Below are positions 51,391 to 61,472 of a stretch of DNA of 64,000 nucleotides, one piece after another (within the stretch, counting starts at the first letter, position 1; each line of letters begins with the position of its first letter). The notes under the pieces are model-generated. The model was not told the DNA's origin and did no database searches. It saw nothing but the letters and a program-made list of their open reading frames with translations. Source of the DNA: an uncultured Nitrospiraceae bacterium. GTDB taxonomy: Bacteria; Nitrospirota; Nitrospiria; Nitrospirales; Nitrospiraceae. The stretch lies in NCBI GenBank assembly GCA_963730935.1, contig CAVSTP010000004.1:1056001-1120000 (forward strand), given 5' to 3'. The position numbers and the translations under genes are program-made.

Positions 51391-51957
51391 TCAGGGCGCT
51401 GGCGTCTCCGGCTCCTCGGATAAGAGCACCGTATATTCAAGCTGCGAATCCCGATCGAATAAGGTGACACTCTCCTGTGTGATCGTTTTCACCACGACAT
51501 GTCTCTCGATGGTCTCCCCTGCTTTCACCACGTGCAAATCGTCATTCTTCGTCAACACGGCCATATCCTGCTTTTTCTGCCACTCATCTCCTGTCCGGAC
51601 AAACCCCAGATAGTGGAACTGCGCCAGATCGGTAGCGACCGTTTGTTGACGCAGTGCATCGTCTGGCAGGTCTACCGGTCTCGAAGCATTGACCGTGACG
51701 GCGAACGGCAGGGCGAAGATATTCCTCGGAGTGGCAAACACCATTTCGCGTTGTGTGCGGGCGGCCGCGAGGAGGTCCAGTTGAACATGGAGGTTGTCTA
51801 TGATGCCCGCATTAGCAGATGCCGCCACGGGTCCCGACACATTCGTCAAGGGCAGGCGAACCGGTCCGTCCCAGGCGACCCACTGCCATAGCAACAAACC
51901 TAGCCACACCGACACGAGTGCGACCAGAGCGAGAACTTTTTTCCGTCCGGCATTCAT
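51391..51957 (-). CDS. Bitopic assembly protein (PilP/GspC-like position)
   Basis: N-terminal TM, RNIF motif, C-terminal beta domain (YLGFV...VKAGETI). Assignment rests on position after PilO. Confidence 0.55.
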   Translation of the reverse strand: MNAGRKKVLALVALVSVWLGLLLWQWVAWDGPVRLPLTNVSGPVAASANAGIIDNLHVQLDLLAAARTQREMVFATPRNIFALPFAVTVNASRPVDLPDDALRQQTVATDLAQFHYLGFVRTGDEWQKKQDMAVLTKNDDLHVVKAGETIERHVVVKTITQESVTLFDRDSQLEYTVLLSEEPETPAP

Positions 51958-51988
51958 CGCCTATCAACCGTTCATAGTGATCAACCCA

Positions 51989-52546
51989 TTATTGCGAGAC
52001 AGATTTCTCTGCTTCAACGCGAAGGTACGTGACAATCTTAATGTTGAAGGTGAGGTGATCACGTTGGGTCGCCGACTTTACTAGATCCACGTCCTCAATG
52101 TAGACGAGTTCATCTGCTGTTTCGATGTCGTACAAAAAGTGTCGGAGATCTTCGTAGCGACCGCTCATCGTCCCCTGCAACAGGCCCTTGCTCGTATTGG
52201 CAACCGGCGTGGATTCGGTTTTATAGGAGAGCGCGGGCAGCGTGACATGATTTCGCTTGGCTTCCTCAGTGATCCCTAGGGCCAGGGGGGCAAAATCGCG
52301 TTCTTCGGGCAGCGCGGCCCACACTTGAGCTAGATCCTGCTTGGCCCGCACGGCGACCTGATGCTGCTGGTGCTGTTTGCGGATCTGCGCCCATTGGGCG
52401 GCGAGTTGTGCGCGGGTCTGTTCCGCCGATTCCAGCCCGAACGACGTGACCGTCGACAGCATGATCAACAACAGGCACACGAGCGCTGCCTGAGGAATGA
52501 GCTGGCCGTAAGGCTTCCGCAAGTGTTCAAGCAGAAGCTTTGTCAT
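51989..52546 (-). CDS. PilO-like protein
   Basis: TM, coiled coil, then GRYEDLRHFLYDIE ferredoxin-like core. Confidence 0.75.
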   Translation of the reverse strand: MTKLLLEHLRKPYGQLIPQAALVCLLLIMLSTVTSFGLESAEQTRAQLAAQWAQIRKQHQQHQVAVRAKQDLAQVWAALPEERDFAPLALGITEEAKRNHVTLPALSYKTESTPVANTSKGLLQGTMSGRYEDLRHFLYDIETADELVYIEDVDLVKSATQRDHLTFNIKIVTYLRVEAEKSVSQ

Positions 52547-53178
52547 GTGTCACGCTCCTGCGGCCGATACTTGAGCTTCAGATCGAATTCCACGAGGCCG
52601 TCGTCTCCGAGATGATGCTGGCCGAGAACCGGATCGTGAAACACAGGGTGCGACTGCAACTTGAGCGTGAGGGCGGTGACGTCTTCAACCGTTGCCGCAG
52701 CGCCGGTCATGTGGATCACGGCGCTGGCCGGATCCAGGCGCACACCTTTGATCGAGACGCGCGGAGGAATCGCCTCTTCCAGACCGGACAAGAAGTGCGT
52801 CCAAGAGAAATTGCGCTTGGCTAGCAGTTGGTTGGCCAGCGACACCTCCGCAGGTAACCGCCGCAAGGCCGCCTCGGAGAGATCGAGGCCTTCCGCCTGC
52901 GCTTCCTTGATGAGTTGTTGGTCCTGCGCACGGGCCTGATCGATCCGGGCCTGGATTTCCTGAAGATCCTGAAGCCCGATCCATGTCTGAGCCGCACTCC
53001 ATGATACCCATAGGCTGAGCGCGAGAGCCGCGAGCTGCAGCACAAATCTGGCTGGAGCCACATAGGCGCGATGGCGGCTTGCCAACTCGATGTGGAAATA
53101 CGTCGTTCCCCCGGTCTGCCACCGAAAACTGCCGATCCTGTCGGCAATGCGCGTCATGAAAGAAATCTTCTTTCGCAT
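52543..53178 (-). CDS. PilN-like protein
   Basis: TM, coiled coil, then WTHFLSGLEEAIPPRVSI. Start set at ATG 53178. Confidence 0.75.
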   Translation of the reverse strand: MRKKISFMTRIADRIGSFRWQTGGTTYFHIELASRHRAYVAPARFVLQLAALALSLWVSWSAAQTWIGLQDLQEIQARIDQARAQDQQLIKEAQAEGLDLSEAALRRLPAEVSLANQLLAKRNFSWTHFLSGLEEAIPPRVSIKGVRLDPASAVIHMTGAAATVEDVTALTLKLQSHPVFHDPVLGQHHLGDDGLVEFDLKLKYRPQERDT

Positions 53179-53180
53179 CT

Positions 53181-54176
53181 CTACATCAGCCCGGCCACGA
53201 CCGGTAACATCGCGAACGAGGTACTGCCTCCGTCGTGAGCCCAGCCCACAGCCTCGACATGCTCCCACTGTAATTGGTCGGTCGAGACGCCGAGTTCATG
53301 GCCCAATTGATCTTCCAATCCCGGGAGATCGCTCTCCGCCATGAGCACCAAACGGGTGAGATGCAGGTCGGGAACGTGCTCTTGGCAGGCCAGGATCGAG
53401 AGTTCAGTTTCACGGACGATCCTTGTCACGTGTTCCTGAGTTCCCATATCCTCACTGGTCAGTGGATCACCGGCAAGAAATTTGGTCCGGACGAAGACCG
53501 GGCGGGCGTCATGAATGATCAGGCACGTCAGGCCGCCGTCAGCGACGGTCACCAAGGCCAGGTCGCGACTCAGGCATCGGGTTCCCCCCGCGGCCTTGAG
53601 CCAGAGATCGAACAGGCGAAAACTGACCACGGTCACTTCTCGTGGAAGCAGTCCTGCCGCCTCGCAGGCGGTCTCATACTCAGCAAGGATTGATTCCTGT
53701 ACGGCAACCACCAGCACCATATGAACGCCCTTGGGATGCCGAGGAGGGAAGATCTGCCAATTAAGTTTGACACCCGTCAAAGGCAGACGCTGTTCCTGTC
53801 CCAATCGCCACCGAATGAGCGCCTCCTGTTCCTCTCGGCGACCAGGGACCTGCTCGAGTTGCAGAACGGTCGAACGGACCGCAAGGTCCGGCAAGACCAA
53901 TGTCACCGACCGTGGCAGGCCAGATAGCAACGTACGTCCAAGGAACCGCAGCCGTCCGGGAGGTCCGGCGAGCGAACGAATCCGTTCTTCCAACACCTCC
54001 CGATCGACCACATTGCCATCGATCGGCGAAAGCTTCATCACACCGGAAGGGATGGGCGACAAGGCACACCGATAGCGGTGCCGTCCCCGCCAGGTCTTTG
54101 AGCTCTCACTCCATGTCAACGCGTGGCCGCCGATCTTCAGGCATTGGGTCGGACGGCTGCCGCTCAATGGCCACAT
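53181..54176 (-). CDS. PilM/GspL-like cytoplasmic protein
   Basis: Actin-like fold features (VTLVLPD, YETACEAAGL); upstream of PilN. Start ATG 54176. Confidence 0.65.
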   Translation of the reverse strand: MWPLSGSRPTQCLKIGGHALTWSESSKTWRGRHRYRCALSPIPSGVMKLSPIDGNVVDREVLEERIRSLAGPPGRLRFLGRTLLSGLPRSVTLVLPDLAVRSTVLQLEQVPGRREEQEALIRWRLGQEQRLPLTGVKLNWQIFPPRHPKGVHMVLVVAVQESILAEYETACEAAGLLPREVTVVSFRLFDLWLKAAGGTRCLSRDLALVTVADGGLTCLIIHDARPVFVRTKFLAGDPLTSEDMGTQEHVTRIVRETELSILACQEHVPDLHLTRLVLMAESDLPGLEDQLGHELGVSTDQLQWEHVEAVGWAHDGGSTSFAMLPVVAGLM

Positions 54177-54177
54177 G

Positions 54178-55908
54178 CTACGCTTCCTCGCTAAACGTGA
54201 CACGGTTGATCTCGCGCAGGGTCGTCCCTCCGTCGAGCACCTTCCGCAACGCCGATTGCCTCAACGTGATCATGCCGCCCGTAACCGCACGATACCGAAT
54301 TTCAGAGAGCGGCCGCTCCGACAAGATCATCTCTTTGATCTCGTCCGTGAGATCCAAGAATTCCGTAATGCATTTCCGGCCGCGGTATCCCGTGCCATGA
54401 CATTCTTGACAACCTCTACCCTGATGAAAACGCACATCCTTATATTCTTCGTAATCGAGTCCAGACTCTTCGGCGAGCGCCTTGTCGAGAGGAACCGGAA
54501 CGCGACACGACTGACACAACATCCGAACCAGCCGCTGTGCGAGCACACAGTTCAAGGCGGCCAGGAAGTTGTAGGAGTCGATGCCCATGGAGGCAAACCG
54601 ACCGATCACATCGAAGACGTTGTTGGCATGGACGGTCGTCAACACAAGATGTCCCGTCAGTGCCGACTGGATTGCGATCTGAGCCGTTTCGGGATCGCGT
54701 ATTTCGCCGACCATGATCTTGTCCGGATCATGACGCAGGATCGAGCGAAGGCCTCGCGCGAACGTGAGTCCCTTCTTCTCATTGACCGGGATCTGGACAA
54801 CCCCGGGGAACTGATACTCGACAGGATCTTCGATCGTGATGAGTTTGTCCTCTTTGATATTCATCTCGGTGATGGCGGCATAGAGCGTCGTGGTTTTACC
54901 GCTGCCTGTCGGACCAGTGACAAGCACCATCCCATAGGGCCTCGTAACAGCTCGCCGAAACCGCTTGAGGTCCTCTTCATTGAACCCGAGGCGATCCAGG
55001 CGCAACGTCGACACGCCAGTGCTGATCGCTTCCCGGTCCAAAATACGGATGACGACCGACTCTCCGAACACGCTCGGCAGAATCGACACCCGGAAATCGA
55101 CCGTCTTCCGTTCAAGCCGCATCCGAAAGCTCCCGTCCTGAGGAACCCGCCGTTCCGCGATGTCGAGGTCCGACATCACTTTCAAGCGGGACACCAGTGG
55201 AGCGTGCAACCTGATGTCCAGCGGCTCCATCGCCGGCACGAGGATACCGTCGACCCGAAACTTGACCCGCGTCGAGCGGTCTGCCGCCTCAATATGGATG
55301 TCGCTCGCGCGCCGCTGCATGGCGCTCAACAAAATGGAATCCAGGAGCTTGACGGCAGGGCTCTGGTCTTCGTTCGCATGATCGAGCGTGAGAATTTCCT
55401 CGCCCCGTTCATCCTCCTTGACCAGCACGGACCGGTACTCGGCCTCCAGTTCGCGCAACGCCTGGCTCGAGCCTTCACTGCGTTCCAACGCCGTCAAAAT
55501 CGCTGATTTTGGGCTTACAACCAGATCGAGCTCTCGGCCCAGGAGTAATTCCAGCTCATCGAGGCCGAGTAGGTCCTGAGGATCCGGAACCGCGACTCGC
55601 AAACGAGCCTGCACCTCGGCGATGGGCACGAAGGGGTGCCGCTGCATCAGCTTCACCGACATCCGCTCGTAAAACGACGGCTCCACGCGGAAGTCGATTA
55701 GAGGATCGAATGGCAGCCCACATTGAATGGCCAGCGCTCGCGCGAGCTGTTCTTCAGAAAGAGCGCCTTCACCCAACAAGGTGGCCCCTAGATCAGCCGG
55801 CACGCCGCCCAACCGGTTCAAGGTTTGATCCACAGTCGATTTAGTGACCATCCCCTGCCCCACAAGCACGTCGGCCAGTGTCGGTCTAGTCACGCTTCGA
55901 GATGCCAT
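54178..55908 (-). CDS. GspE/PilB-family secretion ATPase
   Basis: ASDIHIE, ERRVPQDG, Walker A GPTGSGKTT, TIEDPVE, LRHDPD, CxxC...CxxC. Confidence 0.94.
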   Translation of the reverse strand: MASRSVTRPTLADVLVGQGMVTKSTVDQTLNRLGGVPADLGATLLGEGALSEEQLARALAIQCGLPFDPLIDFRVEPSFYERMSVKLMQRHPFVPIAEVQARLRVAVPDPQDLLGLDELELLLGRELDLVVSPKSAILTALERSEGSSQALRELEAEYRSVLVKEDERGEEILTLDHANEDQSPAVKLLDSILLSAMQRRASDIHIEAADRSTRVKFRVDGILVPAMEPLDIRLHAPLVSRLKVMSDLDIAERRVPQDGSFRMRLERKTVDFRVSILPSVFGESVVIRILDREAISTGVSTLRLDRLGFNEEDLKRFRRAVTRPYGMVLVTGPTGSGKTTTLYAAITEMNIKEDKLITIEDPVEYQFPGVVQIPVNEKKGLTFARGLRSILRHDPDKIMVGEIRDPETAQIAIQSALTGHLVLTTVHANNVFDVIGRFASMGIDSYNFLAALNCVLAQRLVRMLCQSCRVPVPLDKALAEESGLDYEEYKDVRFHQGRGCQECHGTGYRGRKCITEFLDLTDEIKEMILSERPLSEIRYRAVTGGMITLRQSALRKVLDGGTTLREINRVTFSEEA

Positions 55909-55964
55909 CCGTGGATTCCTTTCACACTCTCAGCCACGCCGCCAAACGTTTCGAATTACTCCGT

Positions 55965-57176
55965 TTAGACATTCCCTGCCATCTGGAAGACGGGAAGATA
56001 CATGATCACCACGATCCCTCCCACGAGGATCCCCATGATCAGCAGGAGCACGGGCTCAATCCAGGTGGTCAACTGGGTCAGCCGGAGGTCGAGATCGGTT
56101 TCGTAAAATTCGGCGACATCATGCAACATCAGCTCCAGCGATCCGGTTTCCTCGCCGACCGACAACATCTCGATGGCGAGCTTGGGAAAGACCTTCGGAC
56201 GATCGAGCGCAGCTGCAAGAGTAGTCCCCTCGCGGATTTCGTTCACGGCATCAGTCAATCCCGCTGCGATATACCGGTTCGATACTGCGCTTTTGGTGAT
56301 GTGCAACGCCTCGACGAGAGGCGTCCCGCCGGCCAGGATAGTTCCTAGCGTTCGGGCCAGTTGAATGGTGTGATGTTTGATGAAGATAATTCCGAGAAGC
56401 GGTGCCCGCAACAGCAGCCGGTCAACGCTGAAACGGCCATTCGGTGTCGCATAGTAGGCGCGGCCGACGAGCATGAGCCCGGCCAGCAACGCGAAGGCCG
56501 GCAGCACATACACTTTCGCGGCAGAGGCAGCATCAATCAGCAGCTGGGTGGCAACTGGCAACGATTTGGCGGTCTCGGCATAGACCGAGATGAAAGTCGG
56601 CATCACATAACTCAGCAGGAAGCCAATGACGCCGACACCCGTCAAAACGAGAAATCCCGGATAAGCAAGCGCCTTGGCAATCTTGTGCCGCAGTCCAATC
56701 ATCAGCTTCAAATAAGCGATGAATCGCTTCAACACCTCGGCCAAACTCCCAGACTGTTCCCCCGCCCGCACCGTGGCGACATAGAGCTCCGAGAAATATC
56801 CCGGATGGCGACTCAGCGCTTCGGACGCCGACGCCCCTCCCCGGATGTCCTGACGGACCATGCGTAGCGCCTGTTGAAAGCCTTCATGCCGGGCGCGCTC
56901 AATCAGAAGATCCCAGACACGGAGCACCGGAAGACCCGCTTTAATCAAAGCCAGCAATTCTTGGTTGAAGATCAGAAACTCGCCGAGAGGAAGTCCGCGC
57001 AAGGCGCTGAGTTCAAAGACCGGTCGGCTCTGGGCCAGCCCACGACGCTTCAACTGGAAGATCAGGAACCCCTGACCTTCGAGCTTCGCGCGAACGACCG
57101 GTTCCTCGTCGCCTTCAATCTGGCCTTCAAGCGTTGATCCGTCAGGACGCGCGACCCTGTATGCGAAGACAGCCAT
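55965..57176 (-). CDS. GspF/PilC inner-membrane platform protein
   Basis: AGEQSGSL, LAYP, GEETGSL, IEPVLL, YLPVF. Confidence 0.94.
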   Translation of the reverse strand: MAVFAYRVARPDGSTLEGQIEGDEEPVVRAKLEGQGFLIFQLKRRGLAQSRPVFELSALRGLPLGEFLIFNQELLALIKAGLPVLRVWDLLIERARHEGFQQALRMVRQDIRGGASASEALSRHPGYFSELYVATVRAGEQSGSLAEVLKRFIAYLKLMIGLRHKIAKALAYPGFLVLTGVGVIGFLLSYVMPTFISVYAETAKSLPVATQLLIDAASAAKVYVLPAFALLAGLMLVGRAYYATPNGRFSVDRLLLRAPLLGIIFIKHHTIQLARTLGTILAGGTPLVEALHITKSAVSNRYIAAGLTDAVNEIREGTTLAAALDRPKVFPKLAIEMLSVGEETGSLELMLHDVAEFYETDLDLRLTQLTTWIEPVLLLIMGILVGGIVVIMYLPVFQMAGNV

Positions 57177-57221
57177 GAATACCGTCGACTATGGCATCGG
57201 AGATGGAATATTGCTGCCGCG

Positions 57222-58022
57222 TTAGGGGATGGTTTCTATCGATGGACTCGTCAGCGCGCGATGGTCCAAGACGAGTAGTACCTGACCTACTTCGATCTGA
57301 TTGTCAGTCAGGTGGTTGATCGAGCGAAGCCGATTGAGACCCATCCGATGCGTGCGCGCAAGGCTCCATAACGTATCACCCAGCTTCACGATAATTTCTC
57401 TGATTGGAGGATTCTGCCTTAGCGTCGCGGCAGTAGATGGCCGTTTCGCCGGGAAGGCATTGACCGCCGGGGTTGCAGCCGATGAGGGCGCCGTGAACCA
57501 CCAGGGGAGTGAGGCTCCGGTCGCCGCAGGGCCGACCTCCGGTTGCATGCCCGGCGTCTCCGCCTTTCCCGCTCGCTTCTGGAACTGCCTCATCTGATTG
57601 GGCAATTGGCCGCTGCTCCGGTACACGCGCTCCCGCTCCGCCCGTGCCGCCAGCAATTCTTCGCGCTGCACTTCGATGACGTGCCGGGCTTCGCTCACGC
57701 GGCGCTCAGCTTCCCGGACACGGCCTTCGAGCTGGGCACGGGCCACCTGTGCATCGGCCAATTCCTGCCGACGCGATTCCAGCTCGGCGCGCACTTCCGC
57801 CAGATTACGCTGGGTCTCGCGCACTTGAGTTCTGAGCGTATCCATCGTCAATTGGAGATCGACAATCTCCGGTTCGACGATCGGCTCCAACTCGCCGCAA
57901 CCGGTGAATGCAAGCGCGAGAACACCAACGGCACAGAGTGTCATCGCTCGGTAAAGAACAGCTCTCCGCCCAATGACGCGGGCGCCATGCCGATTACAGA
58001 TATGCGGATCGATTATCACCAT
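57222..58022 (-). CDS. Coiled-coil LysM-domain lipoprotein
   Basis: Lipobox FTGC, long coiled coil, LysM IVKLGDTLWSLA...IEVGQVL. Start may be ATG 57944. Confidence 0.8.
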   Translation of the reverse strand: MVIIDPHICNRHGARVIGRRAVLYRAMTLCAVGVLALAFTGCGELEPIVEPEIVDLQLTMDTLRTQVRETQRNLAEVRAELESRRQELADAQVARAQLEGRVREAERRVSEARHVIEVQREELLAARAERERVYRSSGQLPNQMRQFQKRAGKAETPGMQPEVGPAATGASLPWWFTAPSSAATPAVNAFPAKRPSTAATLRQNPPIREIIVKLGDTLWSLARTHRMGLNRLRSINHLTDNQIEVGQVLLVLDHRALTSPSIETIP

Positions 58023-58417
58023 CGATTGTAGGGTGTCCCGTTGGTACCGACAAATTCAGAGCCCGAGAACACATCGAAAATACCGCCTTCCGTCACCTCG
58101 GCGATTTCCTGCCACGACGTCTCCGAATTCGTGAAAGGGTCCTTGGGAATCGCGCGTAGATATCCCCCGCTGACCAAGGCCTGGAGCGAAGGCGGATACT
58201 TTCCCTGATCCGCCCGATGCTGATCGAGCACGTCACGCAGCGTAAATAAGTCCTGCCGCAATGCCGCCTCCCTCGCCTTGATCACTGAGGCCTGATAGCT
58301 CGGCGCCGCCAGGGTTGCCAAGATGCCAATGATCGACACGACGATCAAGAGTTCGATCAGCGTAAAGCCCTTGGCTTCTGCCAGATGGAACTTACCAATC
58401 GCGATATTTGGTTCCAT
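58016..58417 (-). CDS. GspG-like major pseudopilin
   Basis: KG|FTLIELLIVVSIIGILA, YPPSL, IPKDPF. Confidence 0.9.
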   Translation of the reverse strand: MEPNIAIGKFHLAEAKGFTLIELLIVVSIIGILATLAAPSYQASVIKAREAALRQDLFTLRDVLDQHRADQGKYPPSLQALVSGGYLRAIPKDPFTNSETSWQEIAEVTEGGIFDVFSGSEFVGTNGTPYNRW

Positions 58418-58898
58418 CCAACGCCATTTCCTGACTCGCCGTCATGACATCGTAGACATCATCCCCACACCAGCTTGAAGCATTCGGGGCATCTTTGTAG
58501 CACCGGAACTGCCAATCCGCTTTTCCTGTCAGGGGATCGAGCGGCAGGTTTCGAAGGTACCGCCTGATCGTCGTTCCCCGGACTGTGGCTTCTTCGCTGG
58601 TCAATTTGACTCCCAACAGCATCTCGAGCGATTTCGGATACCCGTAGATACTAGAGACGTCTTTACATGACAGCTTGTTTTTTACGCACAATGGGCCCAG
58701 AAGCACGTCGCCGTCCCGGTTCCACTCCATTTTGAAGGTGTCGATGGCCGCCCGCATGTTCCTCAGATGCTGACGAAATTCTATTTCATGGGATCTCTTT
58801 GCAGAGACCCGGCTCAACGGAAGTGCGACCGACGCCAGCACCATGACGATGGTCAAGGTGACGAGGAGTTCGAGCAGGGTCACTCCTGATTCTCTCAC
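58392..58898 (-). CDS. GspG-like pseudopilin
   Basis: SG|VTLLELLVTL, YPKSL, LRNLPLDP; four Cys residues. Confidence 0.88.
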   Translation of the reverse strand: MRESGVTLLELLVTLTIVMVLASVALPLSRVSAKRSHEIEFRQHLRNMRAAIDTFKMEWNRDGDVLLGPLCVKNKLSCKDVSSIYGYPKSLEMLLGVKLTSEEATVRGTTIRRYLRNLPLDPLTGKADWQFRCYKDAPNASSWCGDDVYDVMTASQEMALDGTKYRDW

Positions 58899-61249
58899 CG
58901 TACCCTCACGATCCCCCTCCCGTCGGGCGGCGCTCCGGCTGCGCCCTCTCCATTTGCATTCATGAGTGCGACGCGAATGGGAGAGACCCCCGGTGCTTTG
59001 GCCATGAATTTTGCCGTGACCTTTCTGCCACCCGTGGCCGCACGCGGCGCGGACGGTCCGACCCGGAATGCCACAATGGCCTCGGCAAACGACGACTCCG
59101 GCAGTTCCGCAGGATCCATTTGAATGATTTCTGCATCGATCAAGTCCTTCAGATCCAGCACATTGGGATCATATTGCAAATGAAACAATGCCGCTTTGTC
59201 AGACCGTAGTCGCTCGTCCTGAATGGCGATCTTGAATACCTTTCCGACTTCGACCACCGAATCGTTCGGCGACACCGAAGCCGCTGGACCAACGGTCAAC
59301 ATCCTGGCTAGTGAGGCGGAAGGCGTCTTCCCGGTAGCGCCTCGCTGGGCCTGCGTTGAGAGTTGCGCCGAAGACCCATTGGTGCCATTTACTTTGGTCA
59401 ATGCGGTCTTGGGATGAGGCGTGAACAGGGTCGTATTGGAATAGGTCGAGTCAGTCCCAGACCAGAACGCCTGCCGACTCAAGCTGGGCGGCGTCATCGC
59501 CTGTACGATATGCGGCGTCAGGGTCAAGATGACTTCCGTCGTCACGCGCTGGGTCTTAAAGGAGCTGATCAGGTTCCCGATGAACGGAAGATCCCCCAAC
59601 CAGGGGATCGTCACGCGGGTCCGACGGTCTTCTTCCTGAAGCAGTCCGCCGAGCACGATTGTCTCACCGTCCTTGACGTTCAACATCGTTTCGGCCGAGC
59701 GGTTGCCGAACTTGAATTGCGTGATCGGCGGATTGGCCTGAAGCGTCACCTGCTCACCAAGGCGGATCACTTCAATCTTCATTTTGAGCGACAGCTCATT
59801 GCCCAGGTGAATGGCCGGCTCGACGGTCAATTTGACGCCGGTATCCCGGAACTCAATGGAGGTTACCGTCGAAGTCGTCGGAACGGCGCCCGTCGCCGCC
59901 TGGCCGGGAAGCACATTGGTCGTGGACAACAGAATGGGCTGCTTGTCGCCGATGTTGATTTCTGCTTTCTTGTTGTTAACGACCCGCACCTTGGGAGCCG
60001 CCAAGGTCTTCGCATCCGTAATCTGCTTGAAGAAATCCAGCTGCACATTGGTCGGAAGCTTGAACAGATAATTGCCTTTTCCGAGGCTCGATAATTGTTG
60101 GAGGGTAAATTGCTGGGCCACATCGCCGGCGATGGTTCCCGCAAAACCTGGCGGCACCAGGGCCGCGGCCACTTGTTTCGGATACGTGAGGCCGTAGGTT
60201 TGATCGACGGTTCGATCGACTTCCAAGACTTCGACCTCGAAAAGGACCTCCGAGTCAAGACGATCATTGGCCAGGATGATTTTCTCGGCCATTTCAAGTT
60301 TCTCCGGCCGATCCCGGATGACGATCGTGTTGAGTTGCTCGTTGGCATTCATCCGCTTTGAATCGAGCATGCCCTTCAGCAGGACGAGCATGTCCTTCGC
60401 CTTGGCGTTGGACAGATAAAAAGTTCGAATCATCAAGTCTTGATACTGTTCTTGCTTCTGATGAGTGTTCGGGCTGACGATCATGGTGCCGGGAGAGACC
60501 ACCCTGGAAAACAAATTGTTGCTGTTCAAGATGAGATTGAGCGCATCATCGAACGGCGTGTCCTCGATCGCGATCGTCACCGGATCATTGCGGACATCCC
60601 GATCAAAGATCAGATTCATCCCGCCCGCCTTCCCAATCCCTTCGAGCACTTCCTTCAGACCCGCATTCCGGAACCGCAGCGTAACCGGCTGCTTTCGCTG
60701 GTCTTCCCGGTTTCGAGCCTGCTGATCCTCCGTCAACTTGGAAATACCTTCAAGCGGTTCGGAGAAGGAGGGATCGAGTTCTGCCGACCTGGCATACCCT
60801 TCCATCGCCTCATCGACACGACCCAGCTGCGCCAAGCGGTCGGCTTCCCGAAAATGCTCGCGTGCTTCCTTCAAACGGAGCGCTTGCGCAAGTGTTGCTT
60901 GATGCTCCGGATTGGATGGCTCAATGGACAAGGCACGCTTAAAGTGTTCGACCGCGAGGTCGATGTGATGCTCTTTCAAGGCATTGCGGCCGCGTTCCTG
61001 GTACTGTGCGGCAGCCCGTTCCCGTGCCAGGTTGAATTTCTCCTGCAAAGTCACGTCAAACGGCGTCTCCTTGAGGGCTTGACGATACGCTATGGTGGCT
61101 TCTTCCCATTTGCCGGCGGCTAAATGCTGGTCTCCGCGCCTGATGTCGTTGGATTCGAAGTATGCGCAACCCGGGAGACAACTCAGGCAGACGAACAGAA
61201 AGACGGAAGTTCCGCCTCCAAAAAGATCTCCCAGTCGCATCACGTGCAT
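58895..61249 (-). CDS. Secretin (GspD-like) with N-terminal TPRs and an extra C-terminal beta domain
   Basis: Lipobox LPGC, TPR-like helices, secretin motifs LAAPKV, DTGVKLTVEP, DGETIVLGGL, IPWLGDLPFIG, LTPHIV. Confidence 0.9.
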   Translation of the reverse strand: MHVMRLGDLFGGGTSVFLFVCLSCLPGCAYFESNDIRRGDQHLAAGKWEEATIAYRQALKETPFDVTLQEKFNLARERAAAQYQERGRNALKEHHIDLAVEHFKRALSIEPSNPEHQATLAQALRLKEAREHFREADRLAQLGRVDEAMEGYARSAELDPSFSEPLEGISKLTEDQQARNREDQRKQPVTLRFRNAGLKEVLEGIGKAGGMNLIFDRDVRNDPVTIAIEDTPFDDALNLILNSNNLFSRVVSPGTMIVSPNTHQKQEQYQDLMIRTFYLSNAKAKDMLVLLKGMLDSKRMNANEQLNTIVIRDRPEKLEMAEKIILANDRLDSEVLFEVEVLEVDRTVDQTYGLTYPKQVAAALVPPGFAGTIAGDVAQQFTLQQLSSLGKGNYLFKLPTNVQLDFFKQITDAKTLAAPKVRVVNNKKAEINIGDKQPILLSTTNVLPGQAATGAVPTTSTVTSIEFRDTGVKLTVEPAIHLGNELSLKMKIEVIRLGEQVTLQANPPITQFKFGNRSAETMLNVKDGETIVLGGLLQEEDRRTRVTIPWLGDLPFIGNLISSFKTQRVTTEVILTLTPHIVQAMTPPSLSRQAFWSGTDSTYSNTTLFTPHPKTALTKVNGTNGSSAQLSTQAQRGATGKTPSASLARMLTVGPAASVSPNDSVVEVGKVFKIAIQDERLRSDKAALFHLQYDPNVLDLKDLIDAEIIQMDPAELPESSFAEAIVAFRVGPSAPRAATGGRKVTAKFMAKAPGVSPIRVALMNANGEGAAGAPPDGRGIVRVR

Positions 61250-61472
61250 GCTCCTAATGTGAATTGCGCAAGTACCATCGGCGCAAAAAAGGCATCCAGT
61301 GCCAAAGCGAGTCTACACCAGAGGCAATGCAGTCAATAAAAAAAAGCGAAATCTCGCCACCGCCAAGAATGGCTAGGAATCTCGGTCCTGGTAGTGGTGA
61401 ATGAAGCGCGCGTGTCTGGACGGAGAGAGGAAGCAGATTTGGACCCTGTGAAGCGGAGAACCTATCGGCGGC

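Noticed and set aside
54175..55506. 443-aa plus-strand ORF
   Set aside because: Antisense shadow of the GspE/PilB gene.
61280..61306. TGGCAC upstream of the secretin gene as a sigma54 site
   Set aside because: No GC at the required 10-nt spacing.
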